From Candidatus Moranbacteria bacterium GW2011_GWE2_35_2- (GTDB lineage Bacteria; Patescibacteriota; Minisyncoccia; Moranbacterales; UBA9337), in the NCBI GenBank assembly GCA_000990585.1, contig LBQD01000001.1:141501-205500 (forward strand): 64,000 bases of DNA. Reading direction: 5' to 3'. Below are positions 48,460-56,434 of this stretch, piece after piece. Each line of letters starts with the position of its first letter. The first letter of the stretch is position 1. The translations under genes and the position numbers were made by a program. Under the pieces are notes generated by a model. The model did not search any database and was not told the origin of the DNA. It saw nothing but the letters and a program-made list of their open reading frames with translations.

Positions 48460-49503
48460 TCATATCGAGCACTCAGTCTCTACATGGTCCCTGTCAACAA
48501 ACACCTTGTAGTATGCATCACTGGATATCCTCTTAAATCGGCAGTAATCTTTAAGCTTCTCTTCACGACTTAAAACTCTATCACACTGCCAATACCACTT
48601 TGTGTGGCTACACACATCTTGCCATGGACATTCGGTTTGTGGACAAGTCAAAGGCTGATAACTTACGGTATGCACGCCCTTGATAACCTCCTCTATTTTA
48701 TTTCCAAGATTGTCTTGCGATAAATTATAAGAATTCTCCAAATTCAGCTCAAACAGATATGGGTCATCCCCTCCATATGCATATTCTGGGATTATGCTTG
48801 AAAATAGATTAAGCGGAGTCACTGATCCAAAATCATGAACCACGTCATAGAGAACTTTTTGTAAATCCATCCATTCATTCTCTGTCGGTCTTTGATATGA
48901 ATCGTAATTGATTTCACAAATTAATGGAATGTAACCTAGCTCATCCAAGAACCAAGCACAGATATCGTAAAGATTCCTGAAAGCTTTCGTGGGAATCACG
49001 CAAACGCCTGCTCTGATTGGAAACTTATCAGTGTTATATTCCTTTATTAGATGTACGATTCGTTTTGGGTTAGGAGCTCCCGAATCAGGAAAAATTGGAT
49101 TCTCCACAGATACAAAAGCATGACTGATAGCACTATTTTGCGCTGCTAAAACCCAGCTTTTGTTCATTGCTTTTCCAGCAGTTAGGATAAATGGCCTGAC
49201 ATTTGTAATGCTAAACCCTTTATTTGCCAACTTAAACAGTCTCTCTCCGAGAACCATTGGCTCTCCGCCTGAAAATCTATAGGAAAGTTTTCCATCAACA
49301 TATTCATTGCACAGTTTTATAAATCTCATATATATATCAAACTGGCTATCTGATATATCATAAGCAAATTTCTGTCTAGAACGAGACTTAAAATAATGAC
49401 AATAAGTGCAGTTACAATTACACCTCCCTGTAACACCCACGCTAACAGTATAGATTTTTTTTCTGATGTTTTTTTCTGATACACATTGCCCTAAGTCTTT
49501 CAT
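48460..49503 (-). CDS. Radical SAM enzyme with a C-terminal SPASM/twitch-like Cys-rich auxiliary-cluster domain (peptide-modifying maturase-like)
   Basis: GRCNCNCTYC (CxxxCxxC) at residues ~27-36. GGEP motif. At least seven further Cys in the C-terminal third (LTCPQTECPWQDVCSHTKWYWQCD ... C). GGAGG RBS. Confidence 0.75.
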   Translation of the reverse strand: MKDLGQCVSEKNIRKKIYTVSVGVTGRCNCNCTYCHYFKSRSRQKFAYDISDSQFDIYMRFIKLCNEYVDGKLSYRFSGGEPMVLGERLFKLANKGFSITNVRPFILTAGKAMNKSWVLAAQNSAISHAFVSVENPIFPDSGAPNPKRIVHLIKEYNTDKFPIRAGVCVIPTKAFRNLYDICAWFLDELGYIPLICEINYDSYQRPTENEWMDLQKVLYDVVHDFGSVTPLNLFSSIIPEYAYGGDDPYLFELNLENSYNLSQDNLGNKIEEVIKGVHTVSYQPLTCPQTECPWQDVCSHTKWYWQCDRVLSREEKLKDYCRFKRISSDAYYKVFVDRDHVETECSI

Positions 49504-49524
49504 TTTTTACCTCCATATAAAATC

Positions 49525-49558
49525 AGGGGGATACCTTTAAGACATAAGGCATCCCCCT
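49525..49558 (-). promoter_or_regulatory. Strong hairpin between the small ORF and the rSAM gene. Candidate attenuator or partial terminator.
   Basis: AGGGGGATACCTT-loop-AAGGCATCCCCCT: a 13-bp stem with one mismatch. It is followed on the minus strand by a U-rich stretch and then the rSAM RBS. Confidence 0.5.
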
Positions 49559-49588
49559 ATCTGGGTTAAAGGAAAAGGAATTTGTCGC

Positions 49589-49711
49589 CTATGGCCGCAT
49601 ATCCGTGGAATAAGCGATAGTCTTGGAGACATTGTCTCTTTTTTGCGCAGAAACTTGTGCCATCTTCTGTCGAACACGATCCGCTTTGGAAAGAACAACT
49701 TTTTTCTTCAT
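49589..49711 (-). CDS. 40-aa small ORF immediately upstream of the rSAM/SPASM gene. Candidate precursor peptide, or alternatively a truncated S20-like fragment. Not in the ORF track because it is under 60 aa.
   Basis: ATG with an AGAGG RBS 8 nt upstream. Hand translation: MKKKVVLSKADRVRQKMAQVSAQKRDNVSKTIAYSTDMRP. Confidence 0.4.
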   Translation of the reverse strand: MKKKVVLSKADRVRQKMAQVSAQKRDNVSKTIAYSTDMRP

Positions 49712-49932
49712 GACACACCTCTTTTTTGAGTGTTTCTAGCTCTAAAGCGAGCCAGTAATACACGAACTGAAACTAATATCAGCTCGTAGCTAAATTTAAA
49801 CTATCATCAAATTAAAAAATTGTCAATTAACCAGATATTAAATACTAATCTGAACTACAATCCCCTCTAACTAAAATTCCGGATTCATAAGTCATATAAA
49901 AAACAAGGCTCAAAAAAGCCTCGAATTTCATA

Positions 49933-49997
49933 AGCACGCCACAGTAAAGAACGTTAGAACCTTTTTTATAAAGAAAAATGAAATAATCTATATTCTA
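49933..49997. repeat. Copy B of the ~65-bp direct repeat, upstream (minus sense) of the small ORF / rSAM operon
   Basis: GCACGCCACAGTAAAGAACGTTAGAACC...ATCTATATTCT. Pairs with 47288..47352. Confidence 0.55.
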
Positions 49998-50046
49998 AGT
50001 TTATCTGCCGGAGAGGCAGGCCTTTCCATTACAGCATCAGATTTGG

Positions 50047-50931
50047 TTAATTAACCTTATTAATCCAAGCTTTAATCTTCTTTTCTAATTCCTTTGCAAA
50101 GCCTTGGAAATTATGAGGAGTACCTTTCAGGGTAAATATTTCAGCATTTTTTCCTTCAAGCTCTCTGGTGAACCATTCAGCTATTTTAGAAATTTCCCTG
50201 TCTTTATAATCGTCTTCCTCTGCAAGAACGATAAGCAAGGGTAATTTCACACTTTTCAATATTTTCGGACTCTTCTCTGAAGCATAACTGAAAATCTCCT
50301 CAACACTTTCTGGCGTAAAAAGACTAAGAAATCTTTGCGCATCAATAAGATAATGCCATATTTTTTTTGGCAAAAATACATCTCCCTTGCCATCCTTAAC
50401 CATTTTTTTAGCAAATCTTACAGCCTTGTTATAAATCTTCCTATCAGTAAAGGCATACGTATCAGCAAAATCACTCATGGGGGCCAAAAGAATTGCGCTT
50501 TTTATGTTTTTATTTTTCCTTTTGGAAAGATAATAGACGCTTTTCTGGGTTCCCGTAGAATGACCAATGAGAAGAATATTTTTACTACCCAATGATTCAA
50601 CAAATCTAACAGCACCATCAATATCATCAACACAATCAGTAAAAACCTCTTTAGCCATTCCAATCAAATGTTTTTTTCTTCCACTTTTTTCTTTTTTATC
50701 CACCTGGCTAATTCTGGAAAGAACACCACTACCCCTATTATTAAAAAGTAAAACGGAGTTGTTCTTATCAACCAACCTTTCTGCAAGTTCTGCTTGTGAA
50801 AATAAATTACTCCCAAGACCATGAATAAATATGATTACATTTTTAGCCTTAGGTGAACCAAAAAATATTCCATCTAAAAGAAATTTTTTGGGGGTTTGAA
50901 TTTTAACAATTTTTCCTTCCATATGCCTCAA
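50047..50931 (-). CDS. Alpha/beta hydrolase fold protein (esterase/lipase-like)
   Basis: HGLGSN oxyanion-hole region and the nucleophile elbow GHSTG. Confidence 0.7.
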   Translation of the reverse strand: MRHMEGKIVKIQTPKKFLLDGIFFGSPKAKNVIIFIHGLGSNLFSQAELAERLVDKNNSVLLFNNRGSGVLSRISQVDKKEKSGRKKHLIGMAKEVFTDCVDDIDGAVRFVESLGSKNILLIGHSTGTQKSVYYLSKRKNKNIKSAILLAPMSDFADTYAFTDRKIYNKAVRFAKKMVKDGKGDVFLPKKIWHYLIDAQRFLSLFTPESVEEIFSYASEKSPKILKSVKLPLLIVLAEEDDYKDREISKIAEWFTRELEGKNAEIFTLKGTPHNFQGFAKELEKKIKAWINKVN

Positions 50932-51014
50932 ATTACCAATATTTAATGATTTATTAAATATTAAAACTAAAAAGAGGCTTTTGCAAGCCTCAAATTTAGT
51001 TCGATTCTATTCAG

Positions 51015-51085
51015 CACGGGTGGAGAGAATCGAACTCCCGTTATTGGTTTTGGAGACCAACGTACTACCACTGTACGACACCCGC
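51015..51085 (-). tRNA. tRNA-Trp (anticodon CCA)
   Basis: Minus-strand cloverleaf: acceptor GCGGGTG, D-arm GTAC-AGTGGTA-GTAC, anticodon arm TTGGT-CTCCAAA-ACCAA, T-arm GGGAG-TTCGATT-CTCTC. Confidence 0.8.
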
Positions 51086-51117
51086 CTTTGTCCGCCATAG
51101 CGGACTTTTTTGTTTGA

Positions 51118-51279
51118 TTATTTCGCTTCCTTATGCAGAGTATGCTTTTTGCAGAATTTGCAATATTTTTTCATTTCCAATTTCTCCTTCAACTTCTTCT
51201 TATTGCGATTGGAATAATGAGTTATTTTTTTGCACTCATTGCATTTGAATTTAACCAAATTTTCCTTTGTCTTTGCCAT
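51118..51279 (-). CDS. rpmG: 50S ribosomal protein L33 (53 aa). Absent from the ORF track.
   Basis: Hand translation: MAKTKENLVKFKCNECKKITHYSNRNKKKLKEKLEMKKYCKFCKKHTLHKEAK. It has the C..C...C..C zinc-ribbon and the LE(L/M)KKYC..C.KHT.HKE L33 signature. Confidence 0.8.
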   Translation of the reverse strand: MAKTKENLVKFKCNECKKITHYSNRNKKKLKEKLEMKKYCKFCKKHTLHKEAK

Positions 51280-51323
51280 AATCTTTATTACGTATTAAAC
51301 ATATTAACAATACAATTCACCTG

Positions 51324-51396
51324 AGCCGTTGCGCGGAATCGGACCGCGGACCTCATCCTTACCATGGATGTGCTCTACCGACTGAGCTACAACGGC
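51324..51396 (-). tRNA. tRNA-Thr (anticodon GGT)
   Basis: Acceptor GCCGTTG/CAACGGC, anticodon arm CATCC-ATGGTAA-GGATG, T-arm CGCGG-TCCGATT-CCGCG. Confidence 0.8.
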
Positions 51397-51414
51397 TTGT
51401 TTTAAAAGAAATTG

Positions 51415-51497
51415 TGGGCCGGGAGGGAATCGAACCCCCGAAGTCCGAAGACGTCAGATTTACAGTCTGATGCATTTGACCGCTCTGCCACCGACCC
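51415..51497 (-). tRNA. tRNA-Tyr (anticodon GTA), type II with a long variable arm
   Basis: Acceptor GGGTCGG/CCGGCCC, anticodon arm TCAGA-CTGTAAA-TCTGA, an 11-nt D-loop and an extended variable arm. Confidence 0.8.
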
Positions 51498-51523
51498 ATC
51501 ACATCTATTCAATTTAAGCTCTG

Positions 51524-51596
51524 AGCCACCTGCCGGGCTTGAACCGACGACCCGCTGTTTACAAAACAGCCGCTCTACCAACTGAGCTAAGGTGGC
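51524..51596 (-). tRNA. tRNA-Thr (anticodon TGT)
   Basis: Acceptor GCCACCT/AGGTGGC, anticodon arm GCTGT-TTTGTAA-ACAGC, T-arm GTCGG-TTCAAGC-CCGGC. Confidence 0.8.
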
Positions 51597-51726
51597 TTAT
51601 TTACTTTTTTACAAACCAGCTTAGTTCAACCAATTAAAACTTTTTTATTATACACTAATCACTCAAAAAATCAACATGCGTGTTGTGTAAATTTTATATT
51701 ATATTCCGCCATCTTTTCCAAATCGC

Positions 51727-52428
51727 CTAAAACAATTTTCCGATTCTTCCCAATTTTATTTTAACCGCTCTATTAACTGGACTAAGTTTTAACACTTGCT
51801 TATAACAATCAATAGCATCTTTAGTATTTCTTCTCCCATAATAATAATCACCTAAGCGTTCATAGGCTTCCACATCTCTCGGATCAGACGCAATTCGTTC
51901 AATCAGAATATTTTCCAGCTCATCTTTTCTTTCTATTTTCGGAGTTTCCGGATACACAGCGGATTTTCTTATCATCGGACGCCTCATTATTTTTCTTCTA
52001 TTGACCGGAATTGCCATCTCCAAAACCACCTTCTCTTTCTCTGTCTTTTTAATTGTCGCCTCTTTTGAAATAATCTTATTTTTAGTATCAAAATCAATTT
52101 TGTTGTTTTTCTCTTTTGAAATATTCTTTCTATTGCCAGCTCTTTTCTCTTTGATATATTTGAGCCATTTTTCTAATAAATTGTGCACTCGTAAAGAAAA
52201 AACCTTAAAACTGATGGCGGATTTTTCCGATATGCGCAAAAGAAATTGACCGAATTTACCGGCACTCATTTTCAAAATTCCCTCCCTTTGATTTTCTTTG
52301 TAATCGCCATTTTCTGTTTTTTCTTTTTCTGCAAGAATATTTTGCGATTTTCGAGAAATCAAAACAAGTAAAATAGATAAACTCAAAACGATGACAATGG
52401 GCGGGATAATTAGATATAAATATGACAT
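51727..52428 (-). CDS. Membrane-anchored protein with a C-terminal TPR-like repeat
   Basis: N-terminal TM, a Lys/Glu-rich linker, and a C-terminal ...AYERLGDYYYGRRNTKDAIDCYKQVLKLSP TPR motif. Confidence 0.4.
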   Translation of the reverse strand: MSYLYLIIPPIVIVLSLSILLVLISRKSQNILAEKEKTENGDYKENQREGILKMSAGKFGQFLLRISEKSAISFKVFSLRVHNLLEKWLKYIKEKRAGNRKNISKEKNNKIDFDTKNKIISKEATIKKTEKEKVVLEMAIPVNRRKIMRRPMIRKSAVYPETPKIERKDELENILIERIASDPRDVEAYERLGDYYYGRRNTKDAIDCYKQVLKLSPVNRAVKIKLGRIGKLF

Positions 52429-53210
52429 TATTTTAGTTCCTCTTTTTTGATTGTTATTATTTGACCATCGTCCATCTTTATTTTCAAACTTTGATTCAAT
52501 GCATTGATTTCAATTACTGTACCCTTTCCTTTTCCGGTTTGAATAGCGCTGTACAACTCTGGCATTCCTTGCATCATTTTTCGATATTGATAAACCTCGT
52601 AGGAAAGACAGCACATCAACCTCCCGCAAAGACCGGATATTCTATCTGATCCACGATGAGAAATTTGCTGTATCTTTGCCATCTCAGTAGAGATACTGGG
52701 AAGATTTCCGGAGAATCTCACGCAACATAATTCTTTTCCACAAATTCCGCATCCGCCAAGCTTCCTGGCTTCATCGCGAGATCCAATTTGTTGCATGCGC
52801 ACACTTCTATGAAACATCCCGGAAAGATTTTTAACCAAATTTCGGAAATCAACTCTGCCATCAGCTGTAAAAATAATCAAAATATTTCCTTTTCCTAGCG
52901 TAATGTGCGTATCAATAAGCTTCATTTCCAGATTTTCCGCTCGAATTTCACGCTGACATGCCTTAGTTATTTCCTCTTTCTTTTTGGAATTTTCTGTAAA
53001 AACTTCCACATCACGTTTCGTAGCCTTTCGAACGATGACATTTACAGCATCTTCTTCTGTTTTAATTGCAGATTCGAAAATTATACCCAGATCATTTCCG
53101 AAATCGGAGCTTACAATAACCTTGTCGCCATTGACAAACTCAGCATTACTCGAACATAACCGGGGATTTTCCCAGTCATACAATTTAACCGAATATTTAA
53201 ACATAATCAA
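52428..53210 (-). CDS. PSP1 C-terminal domain protein (YaaT/RicT-like)
   Basis: Conserved Cys-rich PSP1 core GGCGICGKELCCVRF...SGLCGRLMCCLSYE. Confidence 0.75.
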   Translation of the reverse strand: MIMFKYSVKLYDWENPRLCSSNAEFVNGDKVIVSSDFGNDLGIIFESAIKTEEDAVNVIVRKATKRDVEVFTENSKKKEEITKACQREIRAENLEMKLIDTHITLGKGNILIIFTADGRVDFRNLVKNLSGMFHRSVRMQQIGSRDEARKLGGCGICGKELCCVRFSGNLPSISTEMAKIQQISHRGSDRISGLCGRLMCCLSYEVYQYRKMMQGMPELYSAIQTGKGKGTVIEINALNQSLKIKMDDGQIITIKKEELK

Positions 53211-53237
53211 TATATTGTATTACCAAAAAATGCGCGC

Positions 53238-53819
53238 TTATAATTCATACCTGATAAACTCTCCTATTTGAATATTTTCACCTATCTTGCCAATTTTTTC
53301 ATTTATCAATTCCTCGACATTCTTTTCCGGTTCTTTGACAAATGACTGAGATAATAGCGCTAATTCTTCTCGAAATTTTTTTTCTTTTCCTTCAATAATT
53401 TTCTTCAAAATATCTTTCGGCTTTTTCTCATTCTTCATTTGCTCCATCCAAATTTCTTTTTCTTTCTCCACAAGCTCGGATGAAACATCTTCTGGCGACA
53501 AAAATTTCGGATCCATTGCGCTGATATGCATTGCGATATCCTTTGCTAAACTGATAAATTCTTCGTTACGAGCGACAAAATCGGTTTCACAATAAAGTTT
53601 AACCATCGATCCGATTTTTCCGTTTGAATGGATATATGAAACCACAATGCCTTCTTTAACCTCTCGTCCTGCTTTCTTTGCCGCTTTGCTCTGACCTTTT
53701 TTACGTAAAAGTTCAATCGTCTTTTCTTCATCACCTTTTGCTTCTTCGATTGCATTTTTTATATCCACCATTCCGGCACCAGTTTTTTCTCTAATTTTTT
53801 TAATCAACTCTAAGCTCAT
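53238..53819 (-). CDS. tsf: Elongation factor Ts (short form)
   Basis: N-terminal UBA-like IKKIREKTGAGMVDIKNAIEEA, the EF-Ts signature. Confidence 0.85.
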   Translation of the reverse strand: MSLELIKKIREKTGAGMVDIKNAIEEAKGDEEKTIELLRKKGQSKAAKKAGREVKEGIVVSYIHSNGKIGSMVKLYCETDFVARNEEFISLAKDIAMHISAMDPKFLSPEDVSSELVEKEKEIWMEQMKNEKKPKDILKKIIEGKEKKFREELALLSQSFVKEPEKNVEELINEKIGKIGENIQIGEFIRYEL

Positions 53820-53866
53820 ATATTTTTACTTCTTAATATTATTTTTATTTTACTGGTAAATTCAAA

Positions 53867-54643
53867 CTATTTGATAATTGTCCGACATACATATCCAAGC
53901 ATCAATTTTATAGAAGAAACTGCGTCATCGTTTGATGGAATAGGATAATTGACTCTTGTCGGATTAACATTAGTATCTACCAATGCAATCACTGGAATAT
54001 TTTTTTTAATCGCTTCAGTAATAGCCGCTGCATCTTCTTTTGTATCAATCGCAAAAATCGCCGCCGGAAGATCGTCCATATTTTTAATTCCTCCCATTCT
54101 TCTTTCCAGTTTTTCTGCTTCTTCTTTTTTCTTCGATTGCTCAAATTTGGTATATTTTTTCAACTCTCCACTTTCTATTTGTGCTTGAAGATCTTTTAAA
54201 TATTTCGTTCTTTTTTTGATATTGGAAAAATTAGTGAATGTTCCACCTAACCATCTTTCGATTACATAAGGCATCTGACATCTCTTGGCGGCGGATTTTA
54301 CCAAATCTTTGGCTTGTTTTTTTGTTCCAACAAAGAGAATTTTTTTTCCACTCTTTTTTATTTCAGAGATATATGCAAGCGCTTTTTCCAAATTTACCGC
54401 TGTTGCTTGCAAATTAATAATATTTACTCCTTTTTTAGTTCCGTATATGAATTGCTCCATTCGCGGATCCCTTCTGGATTTTTTGTGTCCGAAATGCACT
54501 CCCGCTTCAAGCATTTCTTCCATCGTCATTTTTAAATCATCCAAATTAAAATCAGCGAAAAAATCATCTCCTTTCGATTTTTTTACTTCACTAACAGTAA
54601 AATCTTTACTGTTAGTTTTCACTTTTTTTTCTTCTGTTGTCAT
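53867..54643 (-). CDS. rpsB: 30S ribosomal protein S2
   Basis: MLEAGVHFGHKKSRRDPRMEQFIYGTKKGVNIINL matches the S2 N-terminal signature. Confidence 0.9.
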   Translation of the reverse strand: MTTEEKKVKTNSKDFTVSEVKKSKGDDFFADFNLDDLKMTMEEMLEAGVHFGHKKSRRDPRMEQFIYGTKKGVNIINLQATAVNLEKALAYISEIKKSGKKILFVGTKKQAKDLVKSAAKRCQMPYVIERWLGGTFTNFSNIKKRTKYLKDLQAQIESGELKKYTKFEQSKKKEEAEKLERRMGGIKNMDDLPAAIFAIDTKEDAAAITEAIKKNIPVIALVDTNVNPTRVNYPIPSNDDAVSSIKLMLGYVCRTIIK

Positions 54644-54897
54644 TTTTTTTCCTTAAATTAAATTAATTAATCTTCCCAAAAAACATCGGGAAAAACGTCT
54701 ATACTCTCCTTGATAAAAATCTCGAATTTGAACCGATAAATTGGCTTCAAACAGGACAAGATTAGGAGAATATATGTATATTTACCCTTATCGGGCATGT
54801 ATAAAAGTATAGCAGATGCTCCACACTTGTCAATCGCAAATCTTTATGCTAGTCTGATTGGGTAATTAAAAAATAATTTAATATTCGCTAAAAAACT

Positions 54898-55185
54898 ATG
54901 AAAAAAGGAATTCACCCAAAATACTACAATGAGGCTAAGATTTCTTGTGCCTGCGGTGCTGTTTTGGAAACCGGTTCAACTATTGAAAATATGGAGGTTG
55001 AAATTTGCTCCAATTGCCATCCGTTTTTTTCCGGAAAGAAAAAAACAATAGACACCACCGGACGAGTTGATCGCTTTAAAAAGCTCACAGAAAAATCCGC
55101 TGCTAAAAAAGCGGCTGCAATAAAAACAGTGAAAGAAAAGAAGACAGAAAAAAAACCAGAAAAAATCAAAGCGATAAAGAAATAA
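54898..55185 (+). CDS. rpmE: 50S ribosomal protein L31, with a Lys-rich C-terminal tail
   Basis: [10 protein letters not shown]...[12 protein letters not shown]...[11 protein letters not shown] matches L31 including the Zn-ribbon Cys. Confidence 0.9.
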   Translation: MKKGIHPKYYNEAKISCACGAVLETGSTIENMEVEICSNCHPFFSGKKKTIDTTGRVDRFKKLTEKSAAKKAAAIKTVKEKKTEKKPEKIKAIKK

Positions 55186-55208
55186 AGAAACAATTTTTTA
55201 AAATACTA

Positions 55209-55240
55209 AAAACCGCTCACATAACGCGAGCGGTTTTTAT
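55209..55240. terminator. Bidirectional rho-independent terminator between rpmE and the convergent HtrA-like gene
   Basis: AAAACCGCTCACATAACGCGAGCGGTTTTTAT. Confidence 0.65.
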
Positions 55241-55251
55241 ATATACTTAAC

Positions 55252-56400
55252 TTAAAAATTCACTTCGATATCTGTTTCTTTTTCGAAACGGAGAATGTGG
55301 AAAATTGCTTTGTCTCCGGTTTGATAACGACTTATGATTTCCGCCAAAGAATTATCGGGGTTCACCTCTTTTCCATCGACTGAAATTATTATATCTCCCA
55401 ATAAAAGCCCTGCTTTTTCCCCGTTTGATTCAGACAAAAATGCTAAACTTTGAATTCCAGAAGGAGAAAAAATCAAAGCACCTTTTTCCTTGGAACTTTT
55501 TCCCGATGCGGCATATGATTTCGTCAGCGAAATATAGTAGATTCCCAATTTTGCTCGCTCCTTTAATTTTCCATTTATCACTAATCCAATTGAACGATTG
55601 ATCTCATTAGCGGGAATGATAAAATATTTATCCTGATTATCGATTTTTATTTTCCCGATCAATCCAATCGCATCTCCATTATAATCAACCGCCGGTCCGC
55701 CAATAAATCGATCTGATAAGTCTGCTCCGATTCCCAGCACTCCCTCGAATTTATCTGAAAATGAAACGGTTTTTCCCGCTAGATTAAATGTATTTTCCGG
55801 CGAACTTATGATTCCCATCGCTAACTGGTTTTGATATTGCATAGCGGAATTTCCCAAAACTATTATTTTTTTTCCTGCTTCAATCTCATCTGAATTAACA
55901 AAAGAAATAGTTGGTAGATTTGATTTGGAAATTCGCAAATACACTAGATTAGAATAATCATCAATTCCCGCCAGTTCGGCATCATATTCCGAACCATCGG
56001 AAATAAAAATTTTATATGCCGCGTCTTCCGCAATAATCGCATCAAGATATGTCACAATCAATCCGTCACCAGTAACCACGAAACCCGATCCATTTTTTAA
56101 TAACCCGCTTTTGCCAATGGACAAAATATTAACCATTGCGCTTGATGGACGAGAAATTATTCTCCCAATCGAATCTTCTTCTTTTACTATAACTTGCTCG
56201 GTTTTTTCAATAACAGTAACGTTTTCATTAGCCTTTTTCAAAAAAGCGCACTTGGAAAAAAACGGATATTGGGATATTTTCGGAAGCAAATATCGGTCAG
56301 AAAAAACTCCGCCAATTCCGCCGATCACGAAAATCGCAATCACAAACAGAATAATCTTTATTAGCTTTTTTCCCCCGAATTTTTCGACATTATCATTCAT
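55252..56400 (-). CDS. HtrA/DegP-like trypsin-fold protein with a PDZ domain but an apparently degenerate catalytic triad (pseudo-protease)
   Basis: GSGFVVTGDGLIVT S1C core, but TYLDAII where TNAHVV is expected (His to Asp), and DRFIGGPAV where GNSGGP is expected (no Ser). C-terminal PDZ (GDIIISVDGKEV). Confidence 0.55.
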   Translation of the reverse strand: MNDNVEKFGGKKLIKIILFVIAIFVIGGIGGVFSDRYLLPKISQYPFFSKCAFLKKANENVTVIEKTEQVIVKEEDSIGRIISRPSSAMVNILSIGKSGLLKNGSGFVVTGDGLIVTYLDAIIAEDAAYKIFISDGSEYDAELAGIDDYSNLVYLRISKSNLPTISFVNSDEIEAGKKIIVLGNSAMQYQNQLAMGIISSPENTFNLAGKTVSFSDKFEGVLGIGADLSDRFIGGPAVDYNGDAIGLIGKIKIDNQDKYFIIPANEINRSIGLVINGKLKERAKLGIYYISLTKSYAASGKSSKEKGALIFSPSGIQSLAFLSESNGEKAGLLLGDIIISVDGKEVNPDNSLAEIISRYQTGDKAIFHILRFEKETDIEVNF

Positions 56401-56434
56401 ATTTTTTAAAATTAATTAATTTGAATATCTTACT

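Noticed and set aside
49589-49711. Possibility that the 40-aa ORF is simply ribosomal protein S20
   Set aside because: It shares only a loose Lys/Arg-rich SKA.R..Q..... pattern with the S20 N-terminus. It is less than half the S20 length and the frame does not continue. This is kept as an alternative in the finding, not adopted.
49566-49763. 65-aa track ORF (GTG start) upstream of the rSAM gene
   Set aside because: The overlapping 40-aa ATG ORF in another frame at 49589..49711 has a proper AGAGG RBS. The 65-aa frame has no RBS, so it is the less likely coding frame.
51090-51112. Hairpin GTCCGCCATAGCGGAC plus T-run between rpmG and tRNA-Trp, as a terminator
   Set aside because: The T-run is on the plus strand, but all neighbouring genes are transcribed on the minus strand. 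On the minus strand an A-run precedes the hairpin, so it is not a functional intrinsic terminator for this operon. It may be incidental.
51133-51324. 63-aa plus-strand ORF in the tRNA cluster
   Set aside because: It is antisense to the hand-identified rpmG (L33) gene. It has a hydrophobic low-complexity translation and no RBS.
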